DNA of 64,000 nucleotides from Adineta vaga (GCA_021613535.1 CP075497.1:6882001-6946000), one strand, 5' to 3'; positions 11,609-30,533 are shown, counted from the first letter of the stretch. Program-made: numbers and translations. The notes: generated by a model from the sequence alone, not told the origin.

Positions 11609-14600
11609 CTATAAAAAAAATGGACAATCCGGTGCTAGTTTCGAACTTAGCACAATCCGTTCACTTCGTATAGAACTCTCTACATCAGTATTTTGATTCA
11701 CCGGTAGTCTTGGTCCTGATGCAACAGATTCACTACAACAGAAAATAAATATTTCTTTTTCACAAAACAAAACTACTTACGTGTCCGATTGATCGTCACT
11801 TTTTATATACAGAGTAGCACGAATGGCTAACAAATCAGCATATTTCACTGGTGCTGGAATCGACACTGACCGAGTACATCGAGCATATGTGTAACACAAT
11901 GCATAAGTTAACATTTGCACTTCATTCGGTTTCAACTTATTATCATCATACAGTACATAATAATGTGTTGGTCGACTTGTACCCTAGGAAAGTATCAAAT
12001 ACGTCACGGTTGATAATCAAAACAAACCACTTACAAGTGCACCAAAATGACTGTTGAGATAGAAATCATATTTGGTCGCATTAGTAATGTCATGTGAATC
12101 AACAACAGTACCAGCTGGAACGTTCTTTTCTGAATTAGTTGGGAGTAGTTTTGTATGATGTCGTTTGCTGACAACAATGTATGTGAGATATGGTCGATAA
12201 ACAGGTGATAGTTCAATACAAGCTTCTCGTATTCCTGTGAGTTCGTATTCGAAAACTGAATCGAATTCACTTTCCGAGATACCATCACGATAGAAGACAA
12301 TTGCAGTCGGTGGATATCCACGATGTTGCACGTATTGTGTGATGAGAGATTTCATGATTTGTTTGAGATCGACAATGAGTTCTCGACTTTCTTTTCGTGT
12401 ATCAGGTGGTCGATGTTGTTGATAAACTTCTTTGAAATATCGATTAGGAATATCATCTGCTGATGCGACAACAGCAACGATAGATGGTTGAGTGATAGCA
12501 CCAGGAGCAGCATGACTGAGATCGGCACCGACATACATGACACGATGACCTTTAGAGAAGAATCGTTCGACCGTTGGACTGAAAACAAAAAACGTTAATA
12601 AACATAATGAGTTATTCGTGCAGGGGACATCTCAGTTTCTAATAAGTTTATTCTGATGCAAAACTCTTTATCTAAATAAAAAAAACTTCATTTTCTTATA
12701 ATTGATTTCTCCGTGAAATAACTCTTATTCATATTGAAAACATTGGATGCAGATGTACTAATAAAGCATACATTAAGTATTAAATGTATCTCCATCTCTA
12801 TATTAGTTGCAAAATCTTAATTTATACGATTCTGAATTCTGTGATCTGCATCGGAAATGGATTAGACTAGCAAGCTCATCAGAAAATGATTAATACTACT
12901 ACCAGTATGTATGCGTACATATGCCTCAAGCGACTTATGTGACAGATGCAATATTCGTTCTCTTAGGCAATACCTACTGTCCAAGGTATATTCGAAGATT
13001 CTTAGTCATATTAGATTAGTTGGTAAACTAGAACTTACTCCACTTTGAGAACACTATTGATCCCATCTAATTTTGTGTTAATTTTCAGTAAAATATTTCC
13101 CAATTTTGCATGATCCCACTTCTCACGGTTTTGTTTAGTTCCTTTGACAGCATTTCTTGGTTCAATCATCTGGGTAGCAACTCCAAATCCCATCTCTAGT
13201 TCACACTAGAAAAGCAAATAAAGAAATCAAACCGCAATGTTGTATTCTGTCAAAAATACTTACCAGTTTTTTCAAGTTCTTGTAAGCTTCTTTATTCTTG
13301 AATGAAGTTTTCGATGGTAGAATAACGACAAAAAACTTACAGTCGCTCTTTGCCTTCATGAAGTCATTTAATGTTTCCATTACTGTTTCAATTGAGTAAC
13401 GATCATCATTACTATTGAATTCTTGATAATCAGGCATATAACATTTCATCCCCCGTTTTTCTGCTATCATACTTAATTGATCATAGAACTCTTTACAATC
13501 ATCTTGATTCATATCTGACAAATTAATCATTGCCCAAACTCTCGGAAAGTCTGATGGTTTGTGAAAAGGAGTTAGTTTCAAATCCCATGTACCAATATCG
13601 CGCACACCTGTTGATGTCACTCGATAATCTTCTGTATAAACAATCTCTGGCATTGGCAACACACGCGCTGGTACTGTCAACATTTTCACGTCAACATCCA
13701 GATTCCATGCAGCAACAAAGGGATCTTCTTCGAAACGTTGTTTTCCACGATCATGACGAATGATTTCGATCATTTTTCGATGTGAAGATGGTGAAATTGT
13801 TGAGCAACGACACATAAGAGCTCTCTGTTCGTCTGTAATTTTTTTCATTCTCACTGGTTCAACATCAACCAGTTCCATCGGTATGAATGCTCCATTGCGC
13901 ATTTCCAGTGTTGGTAATGACGGATATCTAAAGTATAATTATATTGACGATTATTTCAAATATCAAGATCTATACTTACTTCATTGACACTCCGTATTGG
14001 TTTAGGTAGTATTCCTCTACTGTAATTGTTCGCTTTTCTGACTTTAACTTAAACGTTTGACTTGCTGGAGGTAAACCAAGTTTCACTATTTCATAGATTA
14101 TTGGTTTATCTGCATTTTGTGATCGAACACGCAAATCTATTATCGAACATTATTTCACGCATCTATTTAAAAATATTTCACTTACGTTTACAGTGTTTCA
14201 GAAGAAAATCAGCTTCATTTCGATAGTTTCGATTGTGCACATCGAGATATTGAAGAACATCGGCTCCGTCTGCTTTTGAAGCGTTTCGTTGTTGACCATA
14301 TTTTCGTTTTCCACTTGGACTATGCAACATCACTTCACAAACAAACTCTATAAACGGCTGTTTCTTCATGAACACTGTATGTTTTACTACAACGACAAAC
14401 AACAAAACTATCATCCTGTTCCACAATACATTCGTCATCTAGACACTCACCATCCAAGTTCATCAACAATTGATGTTTTCCTTTCGAAAACACTAGACAT
14501 GAATAGAACCCACGCCACATTGCTTTTCCCAATCCAAGATCCCATTCACTTTGTCTTCCATCGGCACTCGATGCAAAAAACGATCGATTGTAGATGAATG

Positions 14601-15596
14601 CTGCATTCGATGAACAGTACTCATGCAGTGCAATTGACAATACCTGTTTCACCTGTTGTAGATCTTCGATTCTGTCATTAGTCAACGATGCTGGATCGAA
14701 GAGTTCATTGAGATTTGCAATGAGTGAGAGATCGACAGGTGATCCGACTCGTTGAACGATCACTTTGTGTGGTTCATGTCGATTGGAACGATTGAGACCA
14801 CTGATGATTTGTGCAGGTGTCTAAATGTATGAACATGAGAATAAGAGAGGGATGATGCGTGATGTGTGTTACATTTTCATCGATCTCAGGTAGTAGTTGA
14901 TCGAATGAGAGTACTGTGGATTGATTATCGAAGACAATTTTGTGTGAATCAACTTCTGGATGTTTTTGACCGAGCACACGAAGCCATGAGTTGTAGAAGA
15001 GACTAGAATGTATTGATAAGTAGAGATAGAAAAAAGCAAAAAGATGGCTGGTGTTACCGTCGTCGATCTCGATGAATTTCGAAATCTTTCTTGTTTCGAA
15101 TCTGAATGTGATATTGATAGACGAGACCTTTTCGTGGAAACTGCAAGATGGGAAAATAGTTGACGAAAACTTTGTATTGTTCTCCGAGATCACCAAGTTG
15201 ATCGGGTTTTGTTGGTCGATCGTTAGTAGTGAATTGTTCTTTGGACAGCTCGGTGACAGTCCAACATGGACCGGGTGGTGGATTAATTCGTTTGATAAGT
15301 GTACCGCGACCTCGACCGGTTGAAACAGTTGACGAAGCTGTCGATGGTGAACCAAAATCGCTTGACCCAGGCGAAATGGCTGTGTTTGAGGTACTTGTAG
15401 CTGTTGTTGTTCTAGATGCTACAGTGGCTGTGTCATCAGTGATAGGAGTAAGAGATGATGAAGTAATTTCAACAGTAGTAGGCAATGATGAATCTTGAGT
15501 ATCTGGTGTAGGCGTAATTGATGGAGGTGATGGAGCAACTGTCTGAGTTGTTCTTGAACCACGTGCTCGACCTTTCGGTGGTTGTCCTGAAGCCAT
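11609..15596 (-). CDS. Argonaute, copy B (N-PAZ-MID-PIWI), multi-exon; no frame disruption noticed
   Basis: Same motif series and intron positions as copy A; ends PDCPFFL*; 460-nt intron at 12579..13038. Confidence 0.93.
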
Positions 15597-16245
15597 GAGT
15601 CGTTCTCAAAAAGCAAAAAATTATGAGGGTAATAACTATAAACATGCATTTATATAGTTTTGTTTGAAGTTTCTTCTTCGACTGGGAATATTTGAGATCG
15701 AGTTGAGACGAGATTGTCTGTTCTTTTTCTTTTGCTGTTTTCTGATAGGTTAATTATAGAACCCATCCGGTTTTTAGCTTATAGACGAAAGAGGCCGTCT
15801 AGTGACATTATCTTTTCAACACTAGTTTCACTTCTGTGTAAGATTAGTATTTTCTTTTCATGCATTTTATATTATTTTGTTCGAGAAATATATTATATTA
15901 CCAGTCATTAAAAATTTTTTTTGTAAAGTTAACAGTTTCCTTTTAAGAATTGTTATACAACTGTATAGAGAAACTTCTTGGTTTATTTTTAACGAACGGA
16001 ATGTTTAGAAATCGTTCTTTTGTGTGTCAATTTTTATTTTATTCGATATACCAATATATCATTCTGTATCACAGTGCAAAAGAAAACGCTTTCGAACATC
16101 TGAAAAGATCAGTTTTGAAAGGTGACAAAAAAAACAGCTAGAATAAAAAAAAATAAAGCTGTGATATAAATGAAAACAAATGAAATGCTCAGATCAATAG
16201 GAAAAAGAAAACAGAACTGTTTTTATTCTTAATGTTCCTCATTAG

Positions 16246-17782
16246 TTACTTATATACCGAATTGAATATATTGTTAAGCGAAGGAACAACACTTTTACGA
16301 CAATCACCAATATTTGTTTGATGCTTGGCAAGTACGCAGATACCATAATAATGAACGCATGCTGCAGCAACGACAAAAACATGGAAAATTTGATGACTTT
16401 GAAACTAAACGAAAGAATTCTCTGTATAATTAATCATGAAAACACGTCAAACTTCCTTACCCAGATATCAAAGTAACCAGGAGCCAATCGTTCAGGTATA
16501 CGTGCTAATGACAAAAGAATTTTAAAATGTACATTTATATCTAAAACTTACCAGCATAAAGAGATGCACCTGTAATATATAAAACAGCCATAACTACTAA
16601 CCATTGAGCTGCACCAGCTAAAATAGTTAAAGTATTTTTAGAAATTATTTTTTCTCGAACAGAATTCAAAAGCTTGTTATCAGATGTTATGCTCTGAACA
16701 AGAACAATGTAAAATTTTACATTTGAAATCTTTCTTACATACTTGTAAAAGCGTGTTTAAAACCAAATAATAAAGCATAATGACAAGTTGGAACGAAACC
16801 AAAAAGACCAAAAGCAATGAAAAGAACTAATAGATTAATATTAAAGAAAAAAGAACAGTAGAATTATTTGTTGATTCAAAATATAAAGAAAGCATACGTG
16901 CTCGATACGTTCGATATTCTGGTGCTGCAAATTTATCCCACATGGAAACAATAATACAACCTGTACCCAATGTAATAGTAATTAACAAATAAGCTACTTT
17001 TGTTCCAAACTCGCAATAAAATCCATAATAAATCCACGGAATAAATGATGAAATAATCAAAATTGATATTCCACAATAATCAAGTCTATAAAACACATAT
17101 AAAATTGTCGGTAATGAGATGAAAATTAAGTTCTAGACCTGCACTTACTTATTAAAAAGTTTCGAAACCTTTGGTGAGTGACAATAAACTGTATGATATA
17201 AAGTTGAAAATAATAAACAAACGATAGCGCCAAGAAAGAATGCACCAAATGTGATTTTCTTTTCAATATGAACTTCAGATGATGGACGTGTTGTGAAATA
17301 GATAGCAATGATAATAAAAAATAAAGTTCCCAGTAAATGTGTCCAGATATTCACTGTTTCTGTATGTAGACGAAAGATGGATGCAAAGCATTGTTTAAAA
17401 CTTGGCATTGGTGGACGATGTCCTGAGATGAGATACTCATTGTCAAGTAACCAATGTGGAAGATGACTATGATCGACAACATATTGTACAACAAGTTTAC
17501 CAACTTCTTTAGCTTGTTCAACACATTTTGTTGGCATTTCGAAAACTGTATCCATTAGTTCATCCTGGTCATCAGGTGAATCAGGTTGGGATGGATAAGA
17601 ATGACTTCGTTCATAGGTTGAGTGGGCATCATGATCACCAGTAGGTTCACTCTAAATATATAAATGATTAATTTCTTTTTCAAAATAATAAATCTTATTC
17701 ATACGAGAAGACGATCAGGTATTCGTCGTCGAATATCTGTCTCAGTTGAATCATGATCCTCATTTGCCGTTTTACTCTCCAT
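16246..17782 (-). CDS. Adiponectin receptor / PAQR family protein, copy 1
   Basis: LPHWLLDNEYLISGHRPP, HTETVNIWTHL, STLYHTVYCHS, LDYCGIS, RIPERLAPG, FQSHQIFHVFVV (PAQR Zn-binding His motifs). Confidence 0.92.
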
Positions 17783-18184
17783 AAATATATCCAAATAAAG
17801 CAGAATATTAAAAAAAAACGATTATCTAGAATAGATGGTAGATTGTTTGCTTTTTGAATTCTATTTGTGTTCTTATCAATTCTTTTTAATCCAAAAGAAA
17901 AGTATTAATAAACACAAGTGGAATGTATTTTTCTCGAAGAAATTAAAAATTTTCTTTCAAAGTACATTGAAACACATAATGAAAAAACCAGACATCTCGT
18001 GAAGAGTTGTTAGGGCATTGGTTGCCTATCAAAACTATGAAGGTAGAAAACAAGTTTTGGTATAAAAAGAAAAGGGAGAAGAGTATCTAGAAGAAGAAGA
18101 AAAACAAAAGAACATACAATGTGCAGCTCGTTTAAAACCATAAAATAGAAAAAGTAATACATTCTATCCCTTTTTTTTCCTTTC

Positions 18185-19958
18185 TTAACTTATCATTGCA
18201 GCTACTGGAGAAGTACTTGGATTTAATATATTTCGACAATCGCCAAAATAATTCGTTTGATTACGTGATAGTATACATATTCCATAATAATGAACACAAG
18301 CTGCAGCAACAACGAAAATATGAAATAGTTGATGACTTTGAAACTAATATTATACAAGAAGTTAGTTAGTTAGTAAATAAGAACTTACAAAAGATATTTA
18401 TACACTTACCCATATATCAAAAACGCCGGGTGCTAATCGTTCAGGAATTCGTGCTAGATGAAAAATAAATATATAGAAATAAATTTTATCATTATGTACA
18501 TTTATTTACCAGCATAGATACAAGCACCGGTGACGTAAAGTGCCGCAACTAATAGTAAATATTGAGTGGCACCGGCTAAAAAGTAAAGATATTATAATAA
18601 TTAAATTAAAATATGACACTATTGATTTTGAGTCAAGTAAAAGAAACTAGTCATCTTACCTGTAAAAGCATGTTCAACTCCAAATCGTATAATATAATGA
18701 CATGTAGGGATAAAACCAAATACACCAAATGTAATGAAGAGTACTATAGAAAAATGAAATATTTTCAATAAAGAAATGATTTTTTTTATAAAAAATTTAC
18801 AAGCACGATAGACTCGATAATCGGACGAAGAAAACCTATCCCACATTGATATAACCATACAGGCAATTCCTAATATTCCAATTAAGGTCAAATATGCTAC
18901 TTTTGTACCAAATTCACAATAGAACTGATAATAAAGTAGTGGAACAATTGATCCAATAATTAATATGGCTATTCCACAATAATCCAATCTAAATATTCAC
19001 AATACATTGCATTGAAATTATTTTTTATTTTCTCTTATCTTACTTGCTGAAAAATTTCGAAATTTTCGGTGAATGACAGTAAAGTGTATGATATAATGTT
19101 GAACATAATAAGCAGATAATAGCGCCAAGAAAAAATGCACCAAAAATGATTTTTTTCTCCATGTGTACTTCACTTGATGGACGCGTTGTGAAATAGATAG
19201 CAGTAATTACAAAAAATAAAGTTCCCAGTAAATGTGTCCAGATATTTACTGTTTCTGTATGTAGACGAAAGATGGATGCAAAGCATTGTTTAAAACTTGG
19301 CATTGGTGGACGATGTCCTGAGAGGAGATACTCATTGTCAAGTAACCAATGTGGAAGATGACTATGATCGACAACATATTGTACAACAAGTTTACCAACT
19401 TCTTTAGCTTGTTCAACACATTTTGTTGGAACTTCAAGAACTGTATCAATTAATTCATCAGTATTGTCTCGCAGGTCAGTATAAGATAGATGAAAAGGAC
19501 TTCGAAGACGAGTATCGCATTGTGCATCAATACAAAATGCTGGTTCACTCTGAAAATAAAAGATAGTTTTGAGAAAAAATATGTGATTCACTTCTGATTC
19601 ATCAAGAATAAAGAGTGGAAGAGAAAATCGAATAGAACTGGTTATTCATCATCTTATGTTAGGTCAAGAGAATAAGAAAAGCAAATAGAATATGTAATAG
19701 TGATTACTCATAAGGATAATGAATTAAACCATGATCGACTATAAGGAAAAAGATCATGCTACCATATTTCATCTTTTATTTCTGACAATCAAATTTGATA
19801 TGGTTTCGAGAAAGATTTATTCATTCAATTCTATGACTACATACTCGTGGTCGAGTTAATGTTCGTTTTCGAACTGTTTGTTCTGGTGAATCCTGATCAC
19901 TGACTGGAATTGTGTCTGAGAATAGTTCATCTTTCATTCTTTGATACGACGAATCCAT
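18185..19958 (-). CDS. Adiponectin receptor / PAQR family protein, copy 2
   Basis: Same PAQR motifs (ETVNIWTH, STLYHTLYCHS, LDYCGIA, RIPERLAPG, QSHQLFH); matching exon structure. Confidence 0.92.
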
Positions 19959-21235
19959 TTTTGTAAAATTATAATGTCAAAAACAAATCTGAAAAACTAA
20001 TATTTCATCAATAATACACATATGTCAAATTTGTAATTGATTCTAAAACCAATATTTAACGAAGCAAAAAAGAAACCATGAAGATTATGTTTCTATATAC
20101 ATAATTGTTTTGAATTAACATTTGGTTGAGACGAAAATGTTCAACCTACTATGTACAAAACAAATCAACTCTTTCTCTATTGTTTATAAAGTTCACATAC
20201 TTGGTATTTATGATAATCCTCGACCACATGATATTTTATCAGCATATGATATTATTGTAATGCTTCAGCTGACGATAGAGTTATGTTATTCAGATAAGTA
20301 GATAATGCTGGTTGATTATACTGCAAAGGAGAAACACATGTTTCATTACGAGTGACTGATTCGGAAGATAAAGAAAGTAATATAAATCCAGGGTTTACTA
20401 ATTTTAAAGTAAATGAAAGTGCATCATTTGTATTTCAGTGTATCAGTGAAACAAGGCTGATCGGACTACGAAGTCGGCTACAACAGATTAATGTTTTATA
20501 ACTTGAAAAATGTTGAGAAGATTATGTATATTGTGTTCATATAATTTCTTTGCTATACACTCAACTTCAATAATGATCTTTTAATTAAACACTCGAAGAT
20601 AAGAATTCTTTATTCTAAAATAAAACCATCATAATTGTGCACAATTTCATCTTTATTTTTATACCTAACAGAAAATGGAATTTAGAATTAACAAATAATT
20701 ATGAAATTCTGTCTAAGAATTCTCGAAAGAAATATCTCTACTATATGTCAGATTTATTCTATGACAGGAATGATTCATCACCACCTTTTTTTTGTCATTT
20801 GAAATTTGTATAGACATAATCTATTGCAAGTACTTACATCATTTCTATTTTGAGTTTCTCTTCTTGAGTAATCTTTCATTAAATATTTCCATAACAGGCA
20901 TGTACATGTTCGTATATACCAAGAAGAAAAATTCTTAAAATAGATTGTTCTAATTGTTGATAAATATCATCTAAATCGACAATGATTTATCTGAAAAATA
21001 ATAAATAATTTTCTTGATATCTGGCTTTTCGTATGAAGAAGCAGCAAATGAAAAGAAATGGCGAATCACACGTAAAAACAAATTAATATCAACAAAAAAG
21101 GAAAGAAAATAATCATCATCATCATCATCATCATAAATAAGAACAGACGAGTAGAATTGTTCGTTTTTTTTTCTTTTTTTAAATAAATATGTATACAGGA
21201 AAACGTTTGGAAGCACACAAAAACACAGGATTAAC

Positions 21236-25202
<3,967 letters not shown>

Positions 25203-25666
25203 TAGTTTGACTAGATCATCTAGAACACTGAAGAAAGAAAATTAATCAATGATTAACTCAAGTTGAAAAACAAAGTCGACAATAAATCATAAAACATAAT
25301 ACTATACCACCACATGACTTCGACATCATTGAAGGTACGGAGGGGAAAGATATTTTCTATTGGTTAATAAATCGAACCAATTATGACGAATGTTATTTGA
25401 TGGAAGGAAAGGAATTTGAAGAAGTTCGTTTTTTCGTTCTATTGATATGGTATATGGTATTGATATTTATTGAAAAAAAGCGTAACAAGAATATGAGAGT
25501 GAAGAATTAACGGTATTAATAGAAAACCATTTTCAAAAGATTACATTGACTAGAAATAAAAAAGAAAAGAACATGCTTATAAAAGATTGATTATATCACT
25601 GAAAGAAAAAGCAAATAATTGTATTTTATCGACGATATTCATACATATATATATTCTTTTTTCTAG

Positions 25667-27270
<1,604 letters not shown>

Positions 27271-27404
27271 GAATCCTTTTTCTTTTTATTTCACTGATGA
27301 TTAAACAAAACGAAACATTGGTGCTTGTTATCTGTATTTTTCTCTCTTTTTTGTCGTTTTAATTAACAAAGTGATATAGAAATAAAATAACGTCAATCAG
27401 AATA

Positions 27405-27707
27405 TTAACGTCGACCAAGTAAATTCCAATTTACTTCGCTGAAATTCATTGTTCCTAATGGAAAGAAATTCAGTGAACCAATTTCGAATGTCATCCAAGG
27501 AAAAGTAAAATCAGCTGGACAACTACTGCATTTATATTCACAACATGGATCATTTGGACTTTCTTCAAAACCACAGATGCAAAATGCAGGTTCAATTATA
27601 CATGCATTAGGAATACATGATGGAGATTTAATATTACGGCGAATTGGTGTTGTTGGTAATGATGATATAGTTGCGATAGAAAGAAAGATTAATAGTAGAT
27701 ACTTCAT
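27405..27707 (-). CDS. Small secreted 8-cysteine peptide precursor 1 (100 aa), ends GRR
   Basis: Hydrophobic signal peptide, C-x4-C-x6-C-x-C-x9-CC-x3-C-x2-C-P, intronless; paralog next door. Confidence 0.85.
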   Translation of the reverse strand: MKYLLLIFLSIATISSLPTTPIRRNIKSPSCIPNACIIEPAFCICGFEESPNDPCCEYKCSSCPADFTFPWMTFEIGSLNFFPLGTMNFSEVNWNLLGRR

Positions 27708-27866
27708 TTTAATTTTGAATTAACTTTGGTGCTTTGAAGAAGAAAACTAAGTCAGTTATATTTAAGAGAGAAACATCTGTTTATGATCACAGCGGATTAG
27801 CAAAATGAATAAGATTACTGATAAGACGAATCTTAAAATCATTCGATTTTATTAAAATAATATCAA

Positions 27867-28145
27867 TTATTTTCGACCAAACAATGGAATTTCTACTGAA
27901 AGAAAATTCAATGAATTCCAATCCGTATTAAGCCATGGTTTAACATTAAAATCCGGAGGACAAGGAGTACATGTAGCTTTACAACAACGATCTTCAGGAG
28001 TTTGTGTTACACCACAAAAACAGAATGATGTATCGCCAATACATGTATACGGTGGACATGATGCATCAGCATTAGGTGTTGGTGACGAAATAATAACATT
28101 GAAGAGAATTGAGATGAGTAGAAGACCCACAAATATTGCTTTCAT
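27867..28145 (-). CDS. Small secreted 8-cysteine peptide precursor 2 (92 aa from ATG 28145), ends GRK
   Basis: Signal peptide MKAIFVGLLLISILFNVIIS; same Cys spacing as precursor 1; shared PxDF, PW and SLNF motifs. Confidence 0.85.
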   Translation of the reverse strand: MKAIFVGLLLISILFNVIISSPTPNADASCPPYTCIGDTSFCFCGVTQTPEDRCCKATCTPCPPDFNVKPWLNTDWNSLNFLSVEIPLFGRK

Positions 28146-28334
28146 TTTCGACTGCACTGGATGTATATAATTGATAAATATTTGGTCTGTTTATGAAACA
28201 ATAAAAATAGGAATAAAACATTTGCTCGAATTCACATAGTCTTTATTTGAAGTATTTTGACAAAACAACACAACATCGCGTGATATTGAATCATAGAAGC
28301 AGAGACTTTGATAATGATAGATAAACTCAAACTA

Positions 28335-30325
28335 TCATTCGAACAACAAATTGTTTTGATTCTGTATATTCGTTTTGTATAAATGAGCATTTTTTCGAAA
28401 TGAATCAATCACATCGGATGAAAACAATTGTTGATTATCTTCAATGAATTTCCATACTGAACGATCAGCATTAATAATTATGAAACGATGTTTATAAAAT
28501 TCGACACGTGCACCAATATAAAAATCATTCAATCCATAATAAATCGAATGACTATCTGTTTATAAATCAGAATATAGTATGAAAGAATAGAGTGAAGAAA
28601 AGAATAAACCTGGCTTTGGTATACGACTTCGTTCAAAGAATTTTCTAGTTGAATATTCACGTCCATCAAATGATTTTTCATAAACAGAGATAAGATCATT
28701 GTCAAGTTGATAAACAATATTAAATTGTCGACAACGATCATTATCATACGAAGATTCCTAATGAAGATTAATCACTAAGAAATTTATCTCTCTCTATGCT
28801 TACCATGATTGCTTCATAACATAGCAAATGATTTTCATTTTGTTCAAATTTACTAGAGACTACGTGTAACGGTACTATTGGTGCTAAAGAAATCAATGGT
28901 TTGCAATCGAATTGACAAAATGTTCTTGTAAATGTATCACAATCGTATAGAAAAAAAGTACGATTAAAAATAGTAATTTGTTGACCAAGGATGAAATCTT
29001 TTGATGTTAAATAACATATTTTGTCTTGTTCACATTTATCAAGAAAAAGATTGACAAATGATCCTAAAAATACAAACTTTGACAAATGACTTTTTAATAT
29101 TATTCTTCGAAATTTATTCACTGATATTATACGAAGAATCTCTAGGAACTACTTGTCGATGAAGATAAATTGGTAATGGATCATAACCATTATTTCTATG
29201 ATGAATTTCTCGTATTTCAATCGTATTATCAATCAAATACAACTAAGAGTGATCATTTTTGTTTTGTTTCTCTCGTTCATGAGAAAAAGATTACTTACAA
29301 AAATGATAAATTTTCTTATCATATTACATTGTTGTCTTTGATCATCAAATACAGCATAAAATTTCAATACTTTTCCATCAATCATCTTACGTCTTGCTTC
29401 ATTACTATTTTGTTCTTTTTTCACACTACCATCGAGATCATATGAATTACTTCGTTGTTTTTCTATTTCATCCTTTTCGATCAACTTCAACATATACGGA
29501 TCGGTTGGTATTGGTTCAGAACATTTCACTTCGATACCTTCACTTTCCAACCATTCCTATATCATCTCTCATTTTCTATCTCAGAAATAACAAAAGTCAA
29601 GAAATTGTACTCGAGTAAATGCATCACAATCACATAAACGATAAATTATTCCATAGATTAATAAATTTTGCCTAAGATTCAAATCACGCCAATTGTATGG
29701 TTCATTTTGATCATTTTTACTAATACGATGACGACGAACTCGCATACCCTTTGTGAAAATCACTTACAAACTTCCAAAGAATTACTATATAATCTTCATA
29801 CTTGATTAAGTGCACTATTCTTATATGGTGTTTCATAAATAGCAATCGTATCATCTTCAAGATAATAATAGATAATCACTCGTCGTATACGATAGGATTC
29901 TAATGGACTTTCATAAATTATTTGTTTAAAATAACCATCAAATCGAAGTATCTATGATTAATCAATTCACTAGAATTTTCTTCCATTGAATTTTGTTGAA
30001 ATACTTTTTTATCATAGAATACCATTGCTGGTACAAATTTATATGATTCTTGTACACGTACTTTACCATAAATTAGTTCCGGTGGAAAATCAGTCAACAA
30101 TTCACGTTCATCTTCCGCCAATTGAATATCTTGTTTATATGTTTGACCGATTCCAAATCTTGGTAATCGAATTATTCGATGTCCATTTTTAAAGGAAAGC
30201 GTACGTGGAACTATAAAATTCGTTTGCTAAATCAAAATCTCATGCAAATGTAATCCGAATTTTCTATAACACATACTGATGCATCAGAGAAGCGATATCC
30301 AGGTAATAATGGTAAATCTTCCATT
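28335..30325 (-). CDS. EFHC1/RIB72-like DM10-domain ciliary protein, multi-exon
   Basis: MEDLPLLPGYRFSD start, YDKKILRFDGYF, YYYLEDDTIAIYE, YRLCDCDAFTR, KVLKFYAVFDD, FLYDCDTFTR, DFYIGARVEFYKHRF (three DM10 repeats). Confidence 0.85.
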
Positions 30326-30533
30326 TTAGATTAACGATTCACTGAAGAAACAACTAAAATATTGTTTTCAAAAAAGTTCTACGCGCCACAATTGATTCAA
30401 ACTCAATCTTATAGAAGTAATTTTATTCAAAAAGGACGTCGTTTATGTTTTAGACTTTACGAAAAAACGTCATATGAATGGTGACAATCGATGTAAACAT
30501 TCAATATACGATGATATGTGACAAGAGAGATAC

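Noticed and set aside
7762-15498. Duplicated plus-strand ORFs and alternative-frame ORFs over the Argonautes
   Set aside because: Their conservation follows from the near-identical DNA of the two copies; no independent motifs
7520-15596. Prokaryotic Argonaute defence operon
   Set aside because: Spliceosomal introns, eukaryotic AGO motifs ([21 protein letters not shown]) and no adjacent nuclease, TIR or SIR2 partner
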